DNA of 64,000 nt from Treponema sp. (lineage in GTDB: Bacteria > Spirochaetota > Spirochaetia > Treponematales > Treponemataceae): positions 39,190 through 103,189 of the forward strand of contig JAZQNJ010000053.1 of NCBI GenBank assembly GCA_045627285.1, in the 5' to 3' direction. Numbering within the stretch: position 1 is the first letter of the stretch; each line of letters opens with the position of its first letter. Shown one piece after another: positions 18,656 to 31,000 of this stretch. The notes below the pieces were generated by a model, which worked only from the letters and a program-made list of their open reading frames with translations, had not been told where the DNA came from and searched no databases. The translations under genes were made by a program, and so were the position numbers.

Positions 18656-21600
18656 ATGTTCAAAAAGGGATTACTCATATTAACAGCTTTGTTGATGACT
18701 GGTTCAGTATTTGCTCACGGAAAAGGCGATATCGATAAACGCGATGTTGCCCAGATGGACAGTTGGCAGGAAGATATTGAAGTAGGCAAGAAAAAAGAAG
18801 GTACATACAACGTTCTTGTTACTGTAGAAGATAAAGGTGGTAACAAAACTGTTGGGGGGCCTTACAATATTTTCATTGATAAAGACTCTGACTTCCCTGT
18901 TTCTGGAATTACTAACCCTATTAGAAATATGCGTGTTCCAGGTAACCTTAACATTGTAGGTACCTGTATCGATGATGATGGTGTAGATGCTGTTTATCTT
19001 TCAATTTTTAAAGGTACAAAAGACGAAAAAAACAAGCCTGTTGTAACTATTACAACAAAAGACGGAAAAGAAGTTGAACTCCGTGATGTACTTGTTACAG
19101 GTAAAGAATTCTGGGAATACAAACTTGATACAACTTCAATGGAAGAAGGCCCTTATACAATCGAAGTATACGGTGATGATATTCATGGACATTCTTCAAA
19201 AACTAAGAATCACAAAAAAGGTGTAGTTACATTCAACCTGGACCGCCGTCTCCCTGTTACTCAGGTAACAAATATGGAGCTTGGTAAACTTGTTTCAGGT
19301 AAAATTACTCTTAAAGGAAATGTTACTGATGGAAACGGCATCAAGAATCTCCAGTATTCTCTTGATGGACAGCAGAACTTTTTTGACCTTAAATTCAAGG
19401 AAGATAAAAAGACAGGAATATGCACTTTTGAGCTTCCTGTAAACACAAAAGACTTTAAGGATGGAGCTGCAGTGTGCTGGTTCCGTTCTGTTGATAAAAT
19501 GGGCTCGGTTGGCCTTAACTCATTCCTCTACTTTATTGATAACACAAAACCAGATGTAAAAATTGTTTCTCCTGCAGAAGGAGAAGTTAAAAACGGCGTA
19601 TTCGGTGTTGTTGGATATGCAAAAGATGTAATTGGTATTCAGTCTCTTAAATGGACATGTTCAAACGGTAAATCGGGAGAATTTACACTTACTCCGGGTA
19701 ACCCTTACTGGTATCAGGAAATTGATACTGCAGGTATGACCAAAAACGTTGAATTTACAGTTACAGCAATTGATACAGTAAACAACGAAGTTGTAAAGAA
19801 AATTACAATTCCTCTTGATCAGGAAGCAGATAAACCTGTTGTTACAATCGAATATCCTGCAGCAGACCAGGTTGTAGAAGGAGATGCAGGAACTGTATTC
19901 CTTCGCGGTATTGCTTCAGATGATGACGGTGTTGCTTCAATCGAATACAAGCTTGATGGCGGTGAAGTAAAGACTTTGGAAACTCACGGTGTATTCTACA
20001 GCCTTATGTCAGAAGAAGCTGACCTTCCTGCAGGTAAACATTCAGTAACAGTTACTGCTGTTGATAAATTCGGTGTAAAGGGCAATCCTGTAACACATTC
20101 ATTCATATCAAAAGGAAAAATTCCTGTATTTGCAGAGGCAAAAGCCGGTGGAAAGCCGGTATTCTCTGGCATTACAGTTCATCCGGAAGCAAATCCTTCA
20201 TACGAAACATCAGTTTCTTCAGCAGCAGGTATTTCATCTGTGGCATGGAAAGTTGAATGGGGCAAAGAAGGCATTAAGACTGGTGAAAGTACAGTTAAGC
20301 CTGGTGACAAGACAGTTAACGTTTCAATCCCATTAAACAATTCAGAAATTGCCTGGGGTGCCGTAAAGATTACAGTCACTGCAGCTGATATTTACAACCG
20401 TGTTGTAGAAAAGAGCGATGTTGTAAAAATTCAGGACATTACAGATATTGCAGTTGAAGCTCCAAAAGTTGTTATAGATGACAGCCGTGTAAGTGAATCT
20501 GGCGATATCATCAATGATGTAAATCATCCTGTAAGCGGATATTTTGCAGGTGGAAAAATAAAGAGTGCATCAATCGTACCTGCAACTCCATTTGCAGCAA
20601 TCACATTTAACGAAAACACATTTACTCTTACTGCAACAGATAATCCTGATGTTGTAGGTGCATCTGCTCCGGTAAAAGTCCGTGTTGTTTCTACAGATAA
20701 CATCCCTTATGAAAGTCAGGAACTTATTTTCCATTCAGATTCTCCTGCTCCAGAAGTTGCTGTAGACAGTCCTATAGAAGTTGTTCTTTCTGTTCCTGTT
20801 GAACAGAAAGATGAAGAAGGAAATGTAATTCCAGCTCCAAAAGAATCTGTTACAGTTAATGGTAAGGTTGCTTCTAAAGCAGGCCTTACTTCCATTGGTT
20901 ACAGAATTGCTTCTTTTGGATTAACATATGACCAGAAAACTAAAAACCTTGTAACAGGAGCTGCTGCTTCAGCAAAATTCGGTGAATTAACAGCTATTCC
21001 TGCTAAAACAGGCAGTTTCTCTTTTGAAATTCCATCAGAAAACCTCGGACCGGGTATGCACATTGTAGAAATCGTTGCAAACAATGGCAAAACAGCTGCC
21101 GGTGCTGTATTCATTAAAAAGCTTCCTGCACTTCCTGAAACTGATGCTGCAGGAAAAAAGATTACCGGTCCAAAGGGAACTTATTACGGCTGGGCAGACG
21201 GCGTTGATGTTTATGGAGCAATTATCTGTCAGAATGATGCTGCAGAGGGCTTCTCAAAGGTTGAATACCGCAGAGATATGAAGCCTGGCGAAACTGCTGT
21301 TTCATTTAAGGATAAGACCGGTAAAGCTGTTTCAACATATAAGGCAAGTAAACCTGGGGCTGCAAAAGTGTTTATTACAAGTGTGGGCGGTATTGCTTAT
21401 GCCAGCGGTATGCACGTTGTAATTCCTTATGGAGCAAAGGATGCTGTAAAGGCTGTTGTTACCGTAGAATCCCAGGCTGCACTTAAAGCAATCAACTGGA
21501 CAGTTGAAGGAGAATCTGTTCCTGGCGGAGATGTAAAAACATCAGGTAAAATCACAGATCCAAAGCTTATCCGTTCACCTGCTGCAGGTGTTTATGAAGC

Positions 21601-24600
21601 AGACATCTCCCTTGGAAACCTTCCTGTTCGTTTTACTACCTTAAAGGTAACGGCAGAAACTGCAGAGGGCAACGCCGATTACAAGGGAACAATTGCGGTA
21701 ATTCGTGAAAGAGATTCATCACTCATAGATAACGATAGAAGAATTTACTGGGCTCCGGCAGGAGATGCTCTTTATGACACAGCATCAGACAGATATGTAA
21801 TTAAGACAGGTGACCGCTTTAATGCCTTTGCAAATGTTTACGCACCTGTTAATGTCAGCTTTGTTTCAGCACAGCCTGGACTTACAGTTACAGCTGACGG
21901 AAACAATATTTATGTAATAGCAGAAAAAGAAGGTACTTATAAAAATGTTGCAGTAAAAGTAACTGATGCACAGGGCGTATCATATACATCATCTGCCGTA
22001 AGTTTTCTTGTTGATGATGCACTTCCAGCTGTTTCAATCGAAGCTCCTGCAGCCCGTAAGTGGATCCAGAAGACAACAAGTCTTTCTGTAAAGGCTTCGG
22101 ATACAAACGGAATTGCTTCAGTAGAATTCTCACTGGATGGCGGTCAGACCTGGAATCCGGCAGCGGCTGCTGGTTCAGGTTCTTATACAGCCGTAATTAA
22201 TGCAGGAGAAATGGATGACGGACTTGTTAGTGTTGATATCCGTGCAAAAGATAATGCCGGAAAATATGGTTATACACAGACTGTAATCCAGAAGGATACA
22301 ACTCCACCGGATCCGCTTGTAATCGTTCCTTGTCCAGAAGACATTGTAAACGGTGAAAACGAAATCGTATTTGCCGTAAAAGACAATGGATACTTTGCAA
22401 AAGCAGAATATGTAGCACCAAAAACTGGAAAAGAAACTCCGGCAGCTGTCGAAGTTCCATTCACATCAATGGTTGAAACCCACGTAGGTACAAAAGAAAA
22501 GCCGATTGATGAAAAGATGTCATTTATCTTTACTGATGAAGCAGGCAATACAACAACATACAGAGTATGGGACTTTATCGTAGACAATAAGAGTGACCTC
22601 CCTGTTGCAGAAGTTCATCTTCCTGACGAAGAAGCTGTAATTACAACGGCATTCCAGATTTCTGGTATTACTATTGATGATGATGGACCTACAAAGATCT
22701 GGTATAAGCTTGATGACGGTGAATATAAACCGGCCAGTGAAGATTATGCTTCAAGTTTTAAAATTGATATTGATAAAGTTTCATTCACAAAACTTGGTGA
22801 CAACGAACATAAAGTTACAGTATATGCAGAAGACCTGAACGGTGTTAAAGGTCCTGAGTTTGTACGCAACTTTAAAATTTCTCTTGAAGAACCTCAGGGT
22901 GCAGTAGAAACTCCGCCAATCACAGAAACTGTAAAAGGCTGGGTAAAACTCACTGGTAGAGCAACTGATAAAAACGGTATCAGAGCAGTATATGTATCTG
23001 TAGATAACGGTAACACATATAACGAATCTGTAGGTAACTTCTCTCACGAAAATCAGACTGCTAACTGGTCTTACGAATTTGATACTCGTGTAGTTCAGGA
23101 TGGAACTCATGTTGTCTTCTTAAAGATCGTAGACTGGTTCGGTATTGAAGGTATCTTCTCTACACAGATTAATATTGATAACACAGCTCCAAGCATTGAT
23201 CTTGAACTTCCTCTTGATGACTCTAAGACAACAAAGATGTTGTTCTTCTCTGGTCAGACAACAGATAATATCGGGCTTGAAAAACTTTACATTACAATCC
23301 GTTCCCTTGAAGGAAAGACTGTAAGCTCAAGACTTTCAAGAATTGATCTTGTGCCAGGTGAAATCATTACACAGTCAATTGACCTTTCTTCTCTGGATAA
23401 CGGTTTCTACAACGTAGAACTTACTGGTCACGATGCTGCTGATAACATTACACGTGTTTCACGCAACATTCAGCTTAATAAGAATGCTGTTCTTACAAAG
23501 GTTGACCTTCTTTATCCTCTTAACGGAGAAGCTGTTCAGGGTAGATTCAATATTTATGGTACTGCTGTAAGTGATATTAATATTGAGAAGCTTGAATTGC
23601 TTGTTGATGGTACAGCTGTAGCGGAAACTACACTTTCTGCCAGCGGATACTATAAATTCGATATTAATCCAAATGATAAAAATGCCCCTGTGATTCTTGA
23701 AAACGGCGATCACAAAATCCAGGTAAAAGCTCATCTGGCTAATGTTCATACAATTGTTTCTGGAGAACAGACAATTAAATACCGTGCTGATGGTCCTTGG
23801 GTAACAATCGATAACTTTACTTACGGTGATTTTGCTATTGAACGACCATATATTGCAGGAAAAGCAGGTTACTCTGTAACAGCTGAAGAAGTTGCTGCAG
23901 CAAAGGCTAAGGGTGCATCTAAAGAAACAAAAGCTGCCCTTGAAGCTAAATCTGTAGAAAAAGTTGAAATCTCATTTAACAACGGTAAGACATTCCAGGA
24001 AGTTTCACAGTCTGGAAAATGGCGTTACCGCATTGAAAATGAGGATATTGCAGAAGGCTATCACTTCCTGCTTGTAAGAGCCATTATGAAGAACGGTGAA
24101 AGAGCCGTAACAAGAGTAATTGTTCAGGTAGATAAGACAAAACCAACTGTTAAGCTTATCAGCCCTGGTGAAGGCGGAAGCTACAACGAAAGCATCGAAT
24201 TTAGTGGTCTTGCACACGATAACGTTGCCCTCAAAAATGTAACACTTCTCCTTCGTAAAGGTGACAAATCAAGCTATGAAGTACCTGCCTTTATACAGGG
24301 ACTTTATCTTGATGGTCAGTTCTGGGGTGCTTCACTGTACAGCTTTGGTGCTGGTCTTTCATTCTTTGATGATAACGTTCGTCTTCAGGCACAGTGGGGT
24401 CAGTTTACACAGCAGCAGAGAAATATCTTCTCAAGAACAACTTCCCGCTATGGTGGAGACATTTATGGTGGAAAGATTCTTGCAAATGTAGCATATATTC
24501 CATTTATGTACTTCTTTGGTCGCGATTATGAATGGCTTTCTGCCAACTGTACTGTCGGAGCAAACTTCTCACGCTTTACAGAAACAGGTTCTGGAAAACC

Positions 24601-24793
24601 TCAGATTCTTTCTGCACTGCTTGCACAGCTTGAATTCCCTAGAATCAGTTTTGCAAAACAGAAGATGTTCAGAACTGTGGCTGTATACACTGAAGGTCAG
24701 CTCTGGTTTATTCCAACAGATGTTCAGTCTACAGTTGATATTGCTTCAATTGTTCCACAGATTTCTATTGGGTTACGTGTAAACGTATTCTAA
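18656..24793 (+). CDS. 2045-aa Ig-like (Big) repeat protein with a C-terminal outer-membrane beta-barrel
   Basis: Sec signal ending SVFA; repeated P.V.I..P....G.A.D..G / D..GN units; last ~160 aa are amphipathic strands ending SIGLRVNVF (terminal Phe). Confidence 0.85.
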   Translation: MFKKGLLILTALLMTGSVFAHGKGDIDKRDVAQMDSWQEDIEVGKKKEGTYNVLVTVEDKGGNKTVGGPYNIFIDKDSDFPVSGITNPIRNMRVPGNLNIVGTCIDDDGVDAVYLSIFKGTKDEKNKPVVTITTKDGKEVELRDVLVTGKEFWEYKLDTTSMEEGPYTIEVYGDDIHGHSSKTKNHKKGVVTFNLDRRLPVTQVTNMELGKLVSGKITLKGNVTDGNGIKNLQYSLDGQQNFFDLKFKEDKKTGICTFELPVNTKDFKDGAAVCWFRSVDKMGSVGLNSFLYFIDNTKPDVKIVSPAEGEVKNGVFGVVGYAKDVIGIQSLKWTCSNGKSGEFTLTPGNPYWYQEIDTAGMTKNVEFTVTAIDTVNNEVVKKITIPLDQEADKPVVTIEYPAADQVVEGDAGTVFLRGIASDDDGVASIEYKLDGGEVKTLETHGVFYSLMSEEADLPAGKHSVTVTAVDKFGVKGNPVTHSFISKGKIPVFAEAKAGGKPVFSGITVHPEANPSYETSVSSAAGISSVAWKVEWGKEGIKTGESTVKPGDKTVNVSIPLNNSEIAWGAVKITVTAADIYNRVVEKSDVVKIQDITDIAVEAPKVVIDDSRVSESGDIINDVNHPVSGYFAGGKIKSASIVPATPFAAITFNENTFTLTATDNPDVVGASAPVKVRVVSTDNIPYESQELIFHSDSPAPEVAVDSPIEVVLSVPVEQKDEEGNVIPAPKESVTVNGKVASKAGLTSIGYRIASFGLTYDQKTKNLVTGAAASAKFGELTAIPAKTGSFSFEIPSENLGPGMHIVEIVANNGKTAAGAVFIKKLPALPETDAAGKKITGPKGTYYGWADGVDVYGAIICQNDAAEGFSKVEYRRDMKPGETAVSFKDKTGKAVSTYKASKPGAAKVFITSVGGIAYASGMHVVIPYGAKDAVKAVVTVESQAALKAINWTVEGESVPGGDVKTSGKITDPKLIRSPAAGVYEADISLGNLPVRFTTLKVTAETAEGNADYKGTIAVIRERDSSLIDNDRRIYWAPAGDALYDTASDRYVIKTGDRFNAFANVYAPVNVSFVSAQPGLTVTADGNNIYVIAEKEGTYKNVAVKVTDAQGVSYTSSAVSFLVDDALPAVSIEAPAARKWIQKTTSLSVKASDTNGIASVEFSLDGGQTWNPAAAAGSGSYTAVINAGEMDDGLVSVDIRAKDNAGKYGYTQTVIQKDTTPPDPLVIVPCPEDIVNGENEIVFAVKDNGYFAKAEYVAPKTGKETPAAVEVPFTSMVETHVGTKEKPIDEKMSFIFTDEAGNTTTYRVWDFIVDNKSDLPVAEVHLPDEEAVITTAFQISGITIDDDGPTKIWYKLDDGEYKPASEDYASSFKIDIDKVSFTKLGDNEHKVTVYAEDLNGVKGPEFVRNFKISLEEPQGAVETPPITETVKGWVKLTGRATDKNGIRAVYVSVDNGNTYNESVGNFSHENQTANWSYEFDTRVVQDGTHVVFLKIVDWFGIEGIFSTQINIDNTAPSIDLELPLDDSKTTKMLFFSGQTTDNIGLEKLYITIRSLEGKTVSSRLSRIDLVPGEIITQSIDLSSLDNGFYNVELTGHDAADNITRVSRNIQLNKNAVLTKVDLLYPLNGEAVQGRFNIYGTAVSDINIEKLELLVDGTAVAETTLSASGYYKFDINPNDKNAPVILENGDHKIQVKAHLANVHTIVSGEQTIKYRADGPWVTIDNFTYGDFAIERPYIAGKAGYSVTAEEVAAAKAKGASKETKAALEAKSVEKVEISFNNGKTFQEVSQSGKWRYRIENEDIAEGYHFLLVRAIMKNGERAVTRVIVQVDKTKPTVKLISPGEGGSYNESIEFSGLAHDNVALKNVTLLLRKGDKSSYEVPAFIQGLYLDGQFWGASLYSFGAGLSFFDDNVRLQAQWGQFTQQQRNIFSRTTSRYGGDIYGGKILANVAYIPFMYFFGRDYEWLSANCTVGANFSRFTETGSGKPQILSALLAQLEFPRISFAKQKMFRTVAVYTEGQLWFIPTDVQSTVDIASIVPQISIGLRVNVF

Positions 24794-24805
24794 TCTTCTT
24801 TCAGA

Positions 24806-24897
24806 ATTCTCCGGTTAAATCCGGGGAATCCTTTTATCTTTGCATAATAAAAATTGATCAGCGGCTGCTTTACATAATTTGTTAAGGCAGCCGTTTT
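24806..24897 (+). terminator. Two stem-loops after the Ig/barrel gene; probable terminator(s)
   Basis: attctccgg/ccggggaat plus T-rich tail; gcggctgcttt/aaggcagccgt plus TTT. Confidence 0.55.
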
Positions 24898-24955
24898 AAA
24901 TTTTCAGAATTTGTGGTAGCGTAAAGCCTTGCAATTTCAAGGCATTAAACTTGAC

Positions 24956-25003
24956 AGGGGCTGTCCGGTAAGTAACGACCGTAGCTGTCATTGGGGCAGC
25001 CCT
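24956..25003. repeat. GGGGCTGTCC-type palindromic element
   Basis: aggggctgtcc...ggggcagccct; the left arm is identical to the hairpin arm at 39515. Confidence 0.5.
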
Positions 25004-25096
25004 TTAATATTCAGTTTTACTGGTTTATTGAAAAATTGGTCAAAAATTGATATTCTAATAACAAAATGTTTTTTTAAACGCTCAGGAGGGTTGTTT

Positions 25097-28000
25097 ATGA
25101 CTGGCAAATTAAGAAGAGTATTTTTTACAGGATCCGTAGCAGTGCTTGGACTGGCAGCTATGTTCAGTTCCTGTTCAAATGGCGTTGGTCTTGGAGAATC
25201 TGTAGATACAAAGGCTCCTCAAATTTCAATTGAATATCCCCCTGTTGCGGCTATTATACGGGAACAGTTTGTTCTTGCCGGAAAATGGGATGATGATAAA
25301 GGTCTTAAACAGATTTCTGTTTCTGTAATTAATACTGAAGCAAAAAAGGATGAGTCACCTGTCTGGACCGGGACAGCCACAATCAACTCAAATAAAACCT
25401 GGCAGGTTCTTTTAAATCAGGCTGATGCCAGTAATTCTTCCGAGGTGCCTGTATATCCTCTCCTTGACGGTAAATACCAGATTTCAGTTGTAGCAGAAGA
25501 TAATGCAGGCAATTCTTCTGGTGAAGCATCACGAACATTTGATATTGATAATACTGCTCCTGTATTCATTATTTCTAATCCTGGAGTTGTTAAGTCAGAA
25601 CACAAAACAGCATCTGCTTATGGTTCCATTTTTACCGTAGAAGGAACTATTGCTGATGATCATGCAATTTCAACAATGGAAGTTGCCGTTTACGATAAAA
25701 ACGGACAGGTTGTCAGTCACGAAGTTTATGACGGACAGCAGGTAGACTCATTTGTAGAAGAAGATATATCTACTGCCGGCGGTACAAGCGTTACTATTGC
25801 TCAGTATTCTGATTCTAACGGCAGATATTCCATGATACACCCTTCGGATAATGGTACAGAAGAATATTACTGTTCTGTAAAGCTTTCTGATAATGCAAGA
25901 AAATACGACAATCCTTTTAACGAATCTCGTGAAGCTGCTGTGGAAAAAACAGATGCTGTCGGTAACCAGACATTTGATGTTTATCTTTATGACAGTGTTT
26001 TTACAACTCTTATGAGTTCGAAGAAAGGTAAAGGTCTTAGTGCTACAGATCTAAAAAATGTTCTTAATGGAACAAAAAATGATGCTGAAGTTCTCGAAAC
26101 ACTTAAAGCTGTAGTAAAAGATACAACTGAAGAAGAATCAAGACTTTGTTTTACACTTAACCCTGAAGCAAACCCTACATATCAGATTAACGGTCTTGAA
26201 TACAGTTTTGCACCTGACAGCATGATTCAGAGCTATTCGTCAGGAAACCCGGTTTCTGTCAGTGTTTCTGCAGGTCTTGACGGAACAAATATTCAGCCGT
26301 CAGCAGTAAAAGTATGGATAAAAGAATTTGATTCAGCTCCAGACAGCGAAAATGAAGTAAGGACAGCTATTAATGCCCTTGTAGCAGATGTTTCATCAAA
26401 AGAAAATAACGAATTTGAATTCCATCAGGTTACCGATTCATTAAGTGATGAAGCTACAAAAATTCAGGTTGATGATGGTGCGAAATGGATTCTTATTTAT
26501 GATTATTATGAAAATCTTCCAGTGGGTACAAACGGACAAAAAACAGAAGAAAGCTCTGTGGGAACAAAAACATTCTCTGTAACTCTTCCGTCAGGAATTG
26601 TTCTCAACAAGCACTATATCATCGCTGTTACAGGTGCCGATGTTGAAGACGTAAAATTCAAACACGAAAAGCTTTATGGATTTATTGGTAACGAAGCCGG
26701 AGTTCCTCCTACAATCGCTGTTACAAGTCCTTCAAATCTTGATGTAGTAAACTCTTCGGCCTTTGCATTTACAGGAAATGTTTCAATCAAATCTAAATCA
26801 CTCTATGTTTCAGAATTAAAGGCTACTTTGACAGTAACTGATGAAGATGCAGGATCAGCAATCGGTTCAAATAACTATTATGTAGCTGCAATTAAATATA
26901 ACAATAATACTGGAGAATGGGCTCCTGATCCTGATTATCCTGCTAGTTCTGCCCTTAAATGTAAAGACGGAGAATGGACATTTACACCAAGTCTGCTGCC
27001 AAATTACCATGCTGCCGACAGCAGAATCGTTGCCGAAGAAGGCTCTGGTAAAAACTATCTTTACACTGTAGAAATTTACGCAAAATCATCATCTGGTCAC
27101 GAAAATACCGTTTCTTCCAACGTTCATATAGATACAACATCACCAGTAATCGAAATTGCTTCAATTCTTCCTTCAATCGAAGGTTTTGACAGTACAGGAA
27201 ATGTTTATGTAAACGAGTCTGTAACCGTAAAAGGCAACATCGAAGAAACAAACCTTAAAAACGTAGAGATGGAAGTTTATGCCGACGGTGTAAAAGTTGA
27301 TTCCCTCTGCAAGGATCTTGGAAAAGTTTATTCATTTACAGAAGTTGTTGATTCAAACAAAATTAAAGACGGTGCAAAAATTGATGTAAGGATTGTAGCA
27401 GCTGATATTGTAGATAATAAAACAGTTTATTCATCACAGACAGATTCTGTTACTTATGCAAACCTTTATGTAAACCAGGAAACAGACAGACCTGTTATTA
27501 CTCTCAATAACTCTTCTAATTCAAGTCTCTTTACAGCAGACTCGTCTAATATCAACGAAACAAACGGAAACCTTTTTGGAGTTACTACAAATAACAGACT
27601 TACAGCTACAATCACTGATGATGATCTTATTAAGAAGGTGCTTGTTTACGTTTATGATGCAAACGGAGCCCTCCTTGCTGCTGAAAAGACAAACGATGTT
27701 TACAATGTAAACCCGGTAACTGTTGCTCCGGACAAGGCTTCCCATAACCTTACTTACCTCTTACCGGAAGACGAGGGTATTTATAAAATTAAGATTGATG
27801 CACTTGATTATGAAAAAACCGCAGAAAATGATAAGCCTGTTGGAGAAGCATCTACAGGAGAATTCTTTATTGCTGTTTCTAACGGTGCACCTTCTGTATA
27901 TCTGGACAATGTAGCTACATATCAGACAGCAGAACCTGTTATTACAGGTACAGTATCAAGCAAAGCGGCTGTAGTTTCAGCAAAATTCATTGATGAAGTT

Positions 28001-31000
28001 ACAAACAGAGAACTTTCAACTCAGCCGGCTGTAATTACCATTGAAAAAGACGGACAGGATCCTCTTAAATGGAAAACAGTATTCGACAAGGCTCTTCCAA
28101 ATGCCAATTATACAATTCTCTATACAGCAAAAAATGACTTTGGTCAGACAAATACAGTTAAAGCTGCATTTACAGTTGATAACAAAAACCCTGAACTGGT
28201 TATTACTCAGTACGGTTCAACTTCAGAAGTTGTTTCAGCTGCAAAGCAATTCCACATCAACCCGGAAAATATTTACACTGTAAAGGGTGCCGTAACAGAC
28301 GGTCTTTCTGGTGTTGAAGCCGTTTATTTCTATCTGGGAGATATTCCAGCAGGAAAAGAATTCCCATCTTCTAACAACGGCTGGAGTGTTGCGGCTCTTC
28401 AGAGTTCACAGGGATACTATACATCTTCAAACACAACTGATTCTAAGGAAGTTACAAATCAACGGGCATGGACTGCATCGCTTACAGATGTAAATAATCT
28501 TGCAGTTCAGGATGGATCTGCAGGTTATACACTTCATATTGCAGCTGTCGATAAAGCTGGAAACAGCAGTGCAAATGTTGATTATATTTCTATCTGGCCT
28601 GATAGTCAGAATCCGGTTCTTTCAGTTGTACCTGAAGTAGAAAACGGGTTAATTATTGAAAAGGGAAATACAAAATACGCATCTAAGAACTACAAGTTCA
28701 AAGGAACAATTACAGAAAACCAGATTAATTCCCTTAAAATCGGTGGTACAGATGTAACTTCTTCCATAACAGACGGAGCATTTACTTATATTCCATCTGT
28801 TACTCAGGATGGCACTGTATCATATAACTTTGTTGTAACTGATAAGGCTGGCAACAGTGAATCAAAAACAGTTTCTGTAGCCCGTGATACAACTGCTCCT
28901 GACGTAGCTCTTTCAAAACCTGTTGCAGGTGGTCTTATTGGCAGTTCAGATAAGATTCACGGTACTGTAAACGATGACGGCATTGGTGTTGATACTGATG
29001 GTGTTCATTATGTAATTAAAAAGAATAATGCAGTAATAGCCGGAGGTGAAGGCGATGCAGTTATTACTGGAAATACATGGCAGATCAACAATCTGACAAT
29101 CAACTCTGAAGGTACCTTTACAATTGAGCTTACTGGTAAAGACAAACTTGGAAACAAGAAGACATACGATGCTGTTACTTTCTACTATGACTCTGCAGCT
29201 CCAGCTGTAAGGGAATCAGGAGAATCTGCACGTACTGTAAACGGACAATACACACTCAGCGGAACCGTTGTAGAAACAAATGGTCTTTATTCAATGACAA
29301 TAAAAGACAGTGCTGCCGGCAGTTCCGACGTAACATTATCAAATACAGCTTCTGGAAACGGCTTCAGATTAAAAACAGGTTCTACTGATACATACGAATG
29401 GACATATACAGAAACATCACCAGTGGATGGCTCTCACATCTACCAGATTTCTGCAACTGATATTACACAGAACTCTGAACGAGCTTCCAACATTGTTACA
29501 AGAACAGTAAATGTAGACACTGCTTTGCCGGAAATTACAAATGTTATTAATCCTGATCTGGTAAAGCTTGATGATTCAAAATATGTAACACTGAAGGTAA
29601 ATTCAGCAGACATCAAGAAAAATGATTTCTCTACAGGGCTTGCCGGTGTTTATTACAAAGTAATTTCAAGGTCTTCAAGAGCTGTTGTTACTGCAGCCGA
29701 TCTGACAGAAGAAAACGGATGGTATGCAATGTCTCAGGGAATTTCAAACTGGAATGCTACTTTTGACATTACAAAATTCGGTGAAGAATTCTCTAAGGAT
29801 GGAACAGTGTATGCTGGTTTTGCAGCTGTGGATCAGGCTTCTAACGTAAGTGTCAGCAGTACAGATGCAGTAATTGTAATAGATGAAAAGCGTCCTGCCG
29901 TAACAGTTTACAAAGAAACAGACTGTATAAATGTTGTCTCGTCAATTACCGGATATCAGACAAATGCAGTAGATGTAACACTGTATGCTGTGGTTTTTGA
30001 TACAAACATCAGCAACACAGCTCTGACTGGAACAGCAAGTAACAATGCAAATGTTACATGCACATTCGTTGAAAACGTAACAGGCGGTAAAAAATTCAAA
30101 GTAAGTTTTAAGGCTTCTGATGACGGAACAACAGAACTTTTACTTACTGCAAAAGACACAAATAATCGCACTTCAGATACAGCAAGAGCTCCTGTAGTTT
30201 GTGATAAAGTTGCACCTGTTGTAACTCTTGATACACCTTCAACTGAAGGTACAACATCTTCAAACACTGTAAAAGTAATGGGTACTGTTCTGGAAAACAA
30301 TCTTTCGTCAGTAACAGTTAACCTTGTTGATTACAATTCTCCTGCTACAGTTAAGTTCTCTGCTACAGCAAATCCATCGCAGCATGAAGAATACGAAGAA
30401 AGTAAAAGAAAATATAACTGGGATGCACTTATACCTTCAGTAGCTGATGGAAAATACAAGATTCAGGTTATTGCTTCTGATACTTATAATAACGTAACAA
30501 CAGTTACTTCTGATTTTGGATATGTTGTAGATATTACAAAACCTGTTGTAGAAAATATTGCCACATCTGCCTCTAATGTAAACATTGCAACTGCAGGACA
30601 GACATTCACTGTTTCTGCCGATGTTACAGATGCAACAAGTGGAATTAACTCTGTAAGACTTCTTGATAACGGAACTGACATGAATATTGTTCCTGCAAAA
30701 TCAGGCAGTAAATACACATTCACTGTTCCACAGGAAAAACTTACTACAGGTTCTCATTCTTACACAGTTTCTGCGGTAGATAAGGCAGGAAATACAAATA
30801 CAGCTGTTAAATCAATTCAGTGTGATACAACAGCACCTGAGATTAAAGTTTCGGGTATCAGTCCGACAGTTACTGACAGTTCAATAGTTTATGTAAACGG
30901 TAAGATTACAGTTTCTGGTAATGCCAGTGATGAAACTGAACTTGCATCAGCTGCTCTCAGTGTTAAAGTTTTCAAGAAAAATGATGCTCTGACAGATGCC

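Noticed and set aside
24929-25096. 56-aa extension of giant lipoprotein 1 (similarly 41065-41109 for lipoprotein 2)
   Set aside because: The Shine-Dalgarno sequences and lipoprotein signal peptides begin at 25097 and 41110.
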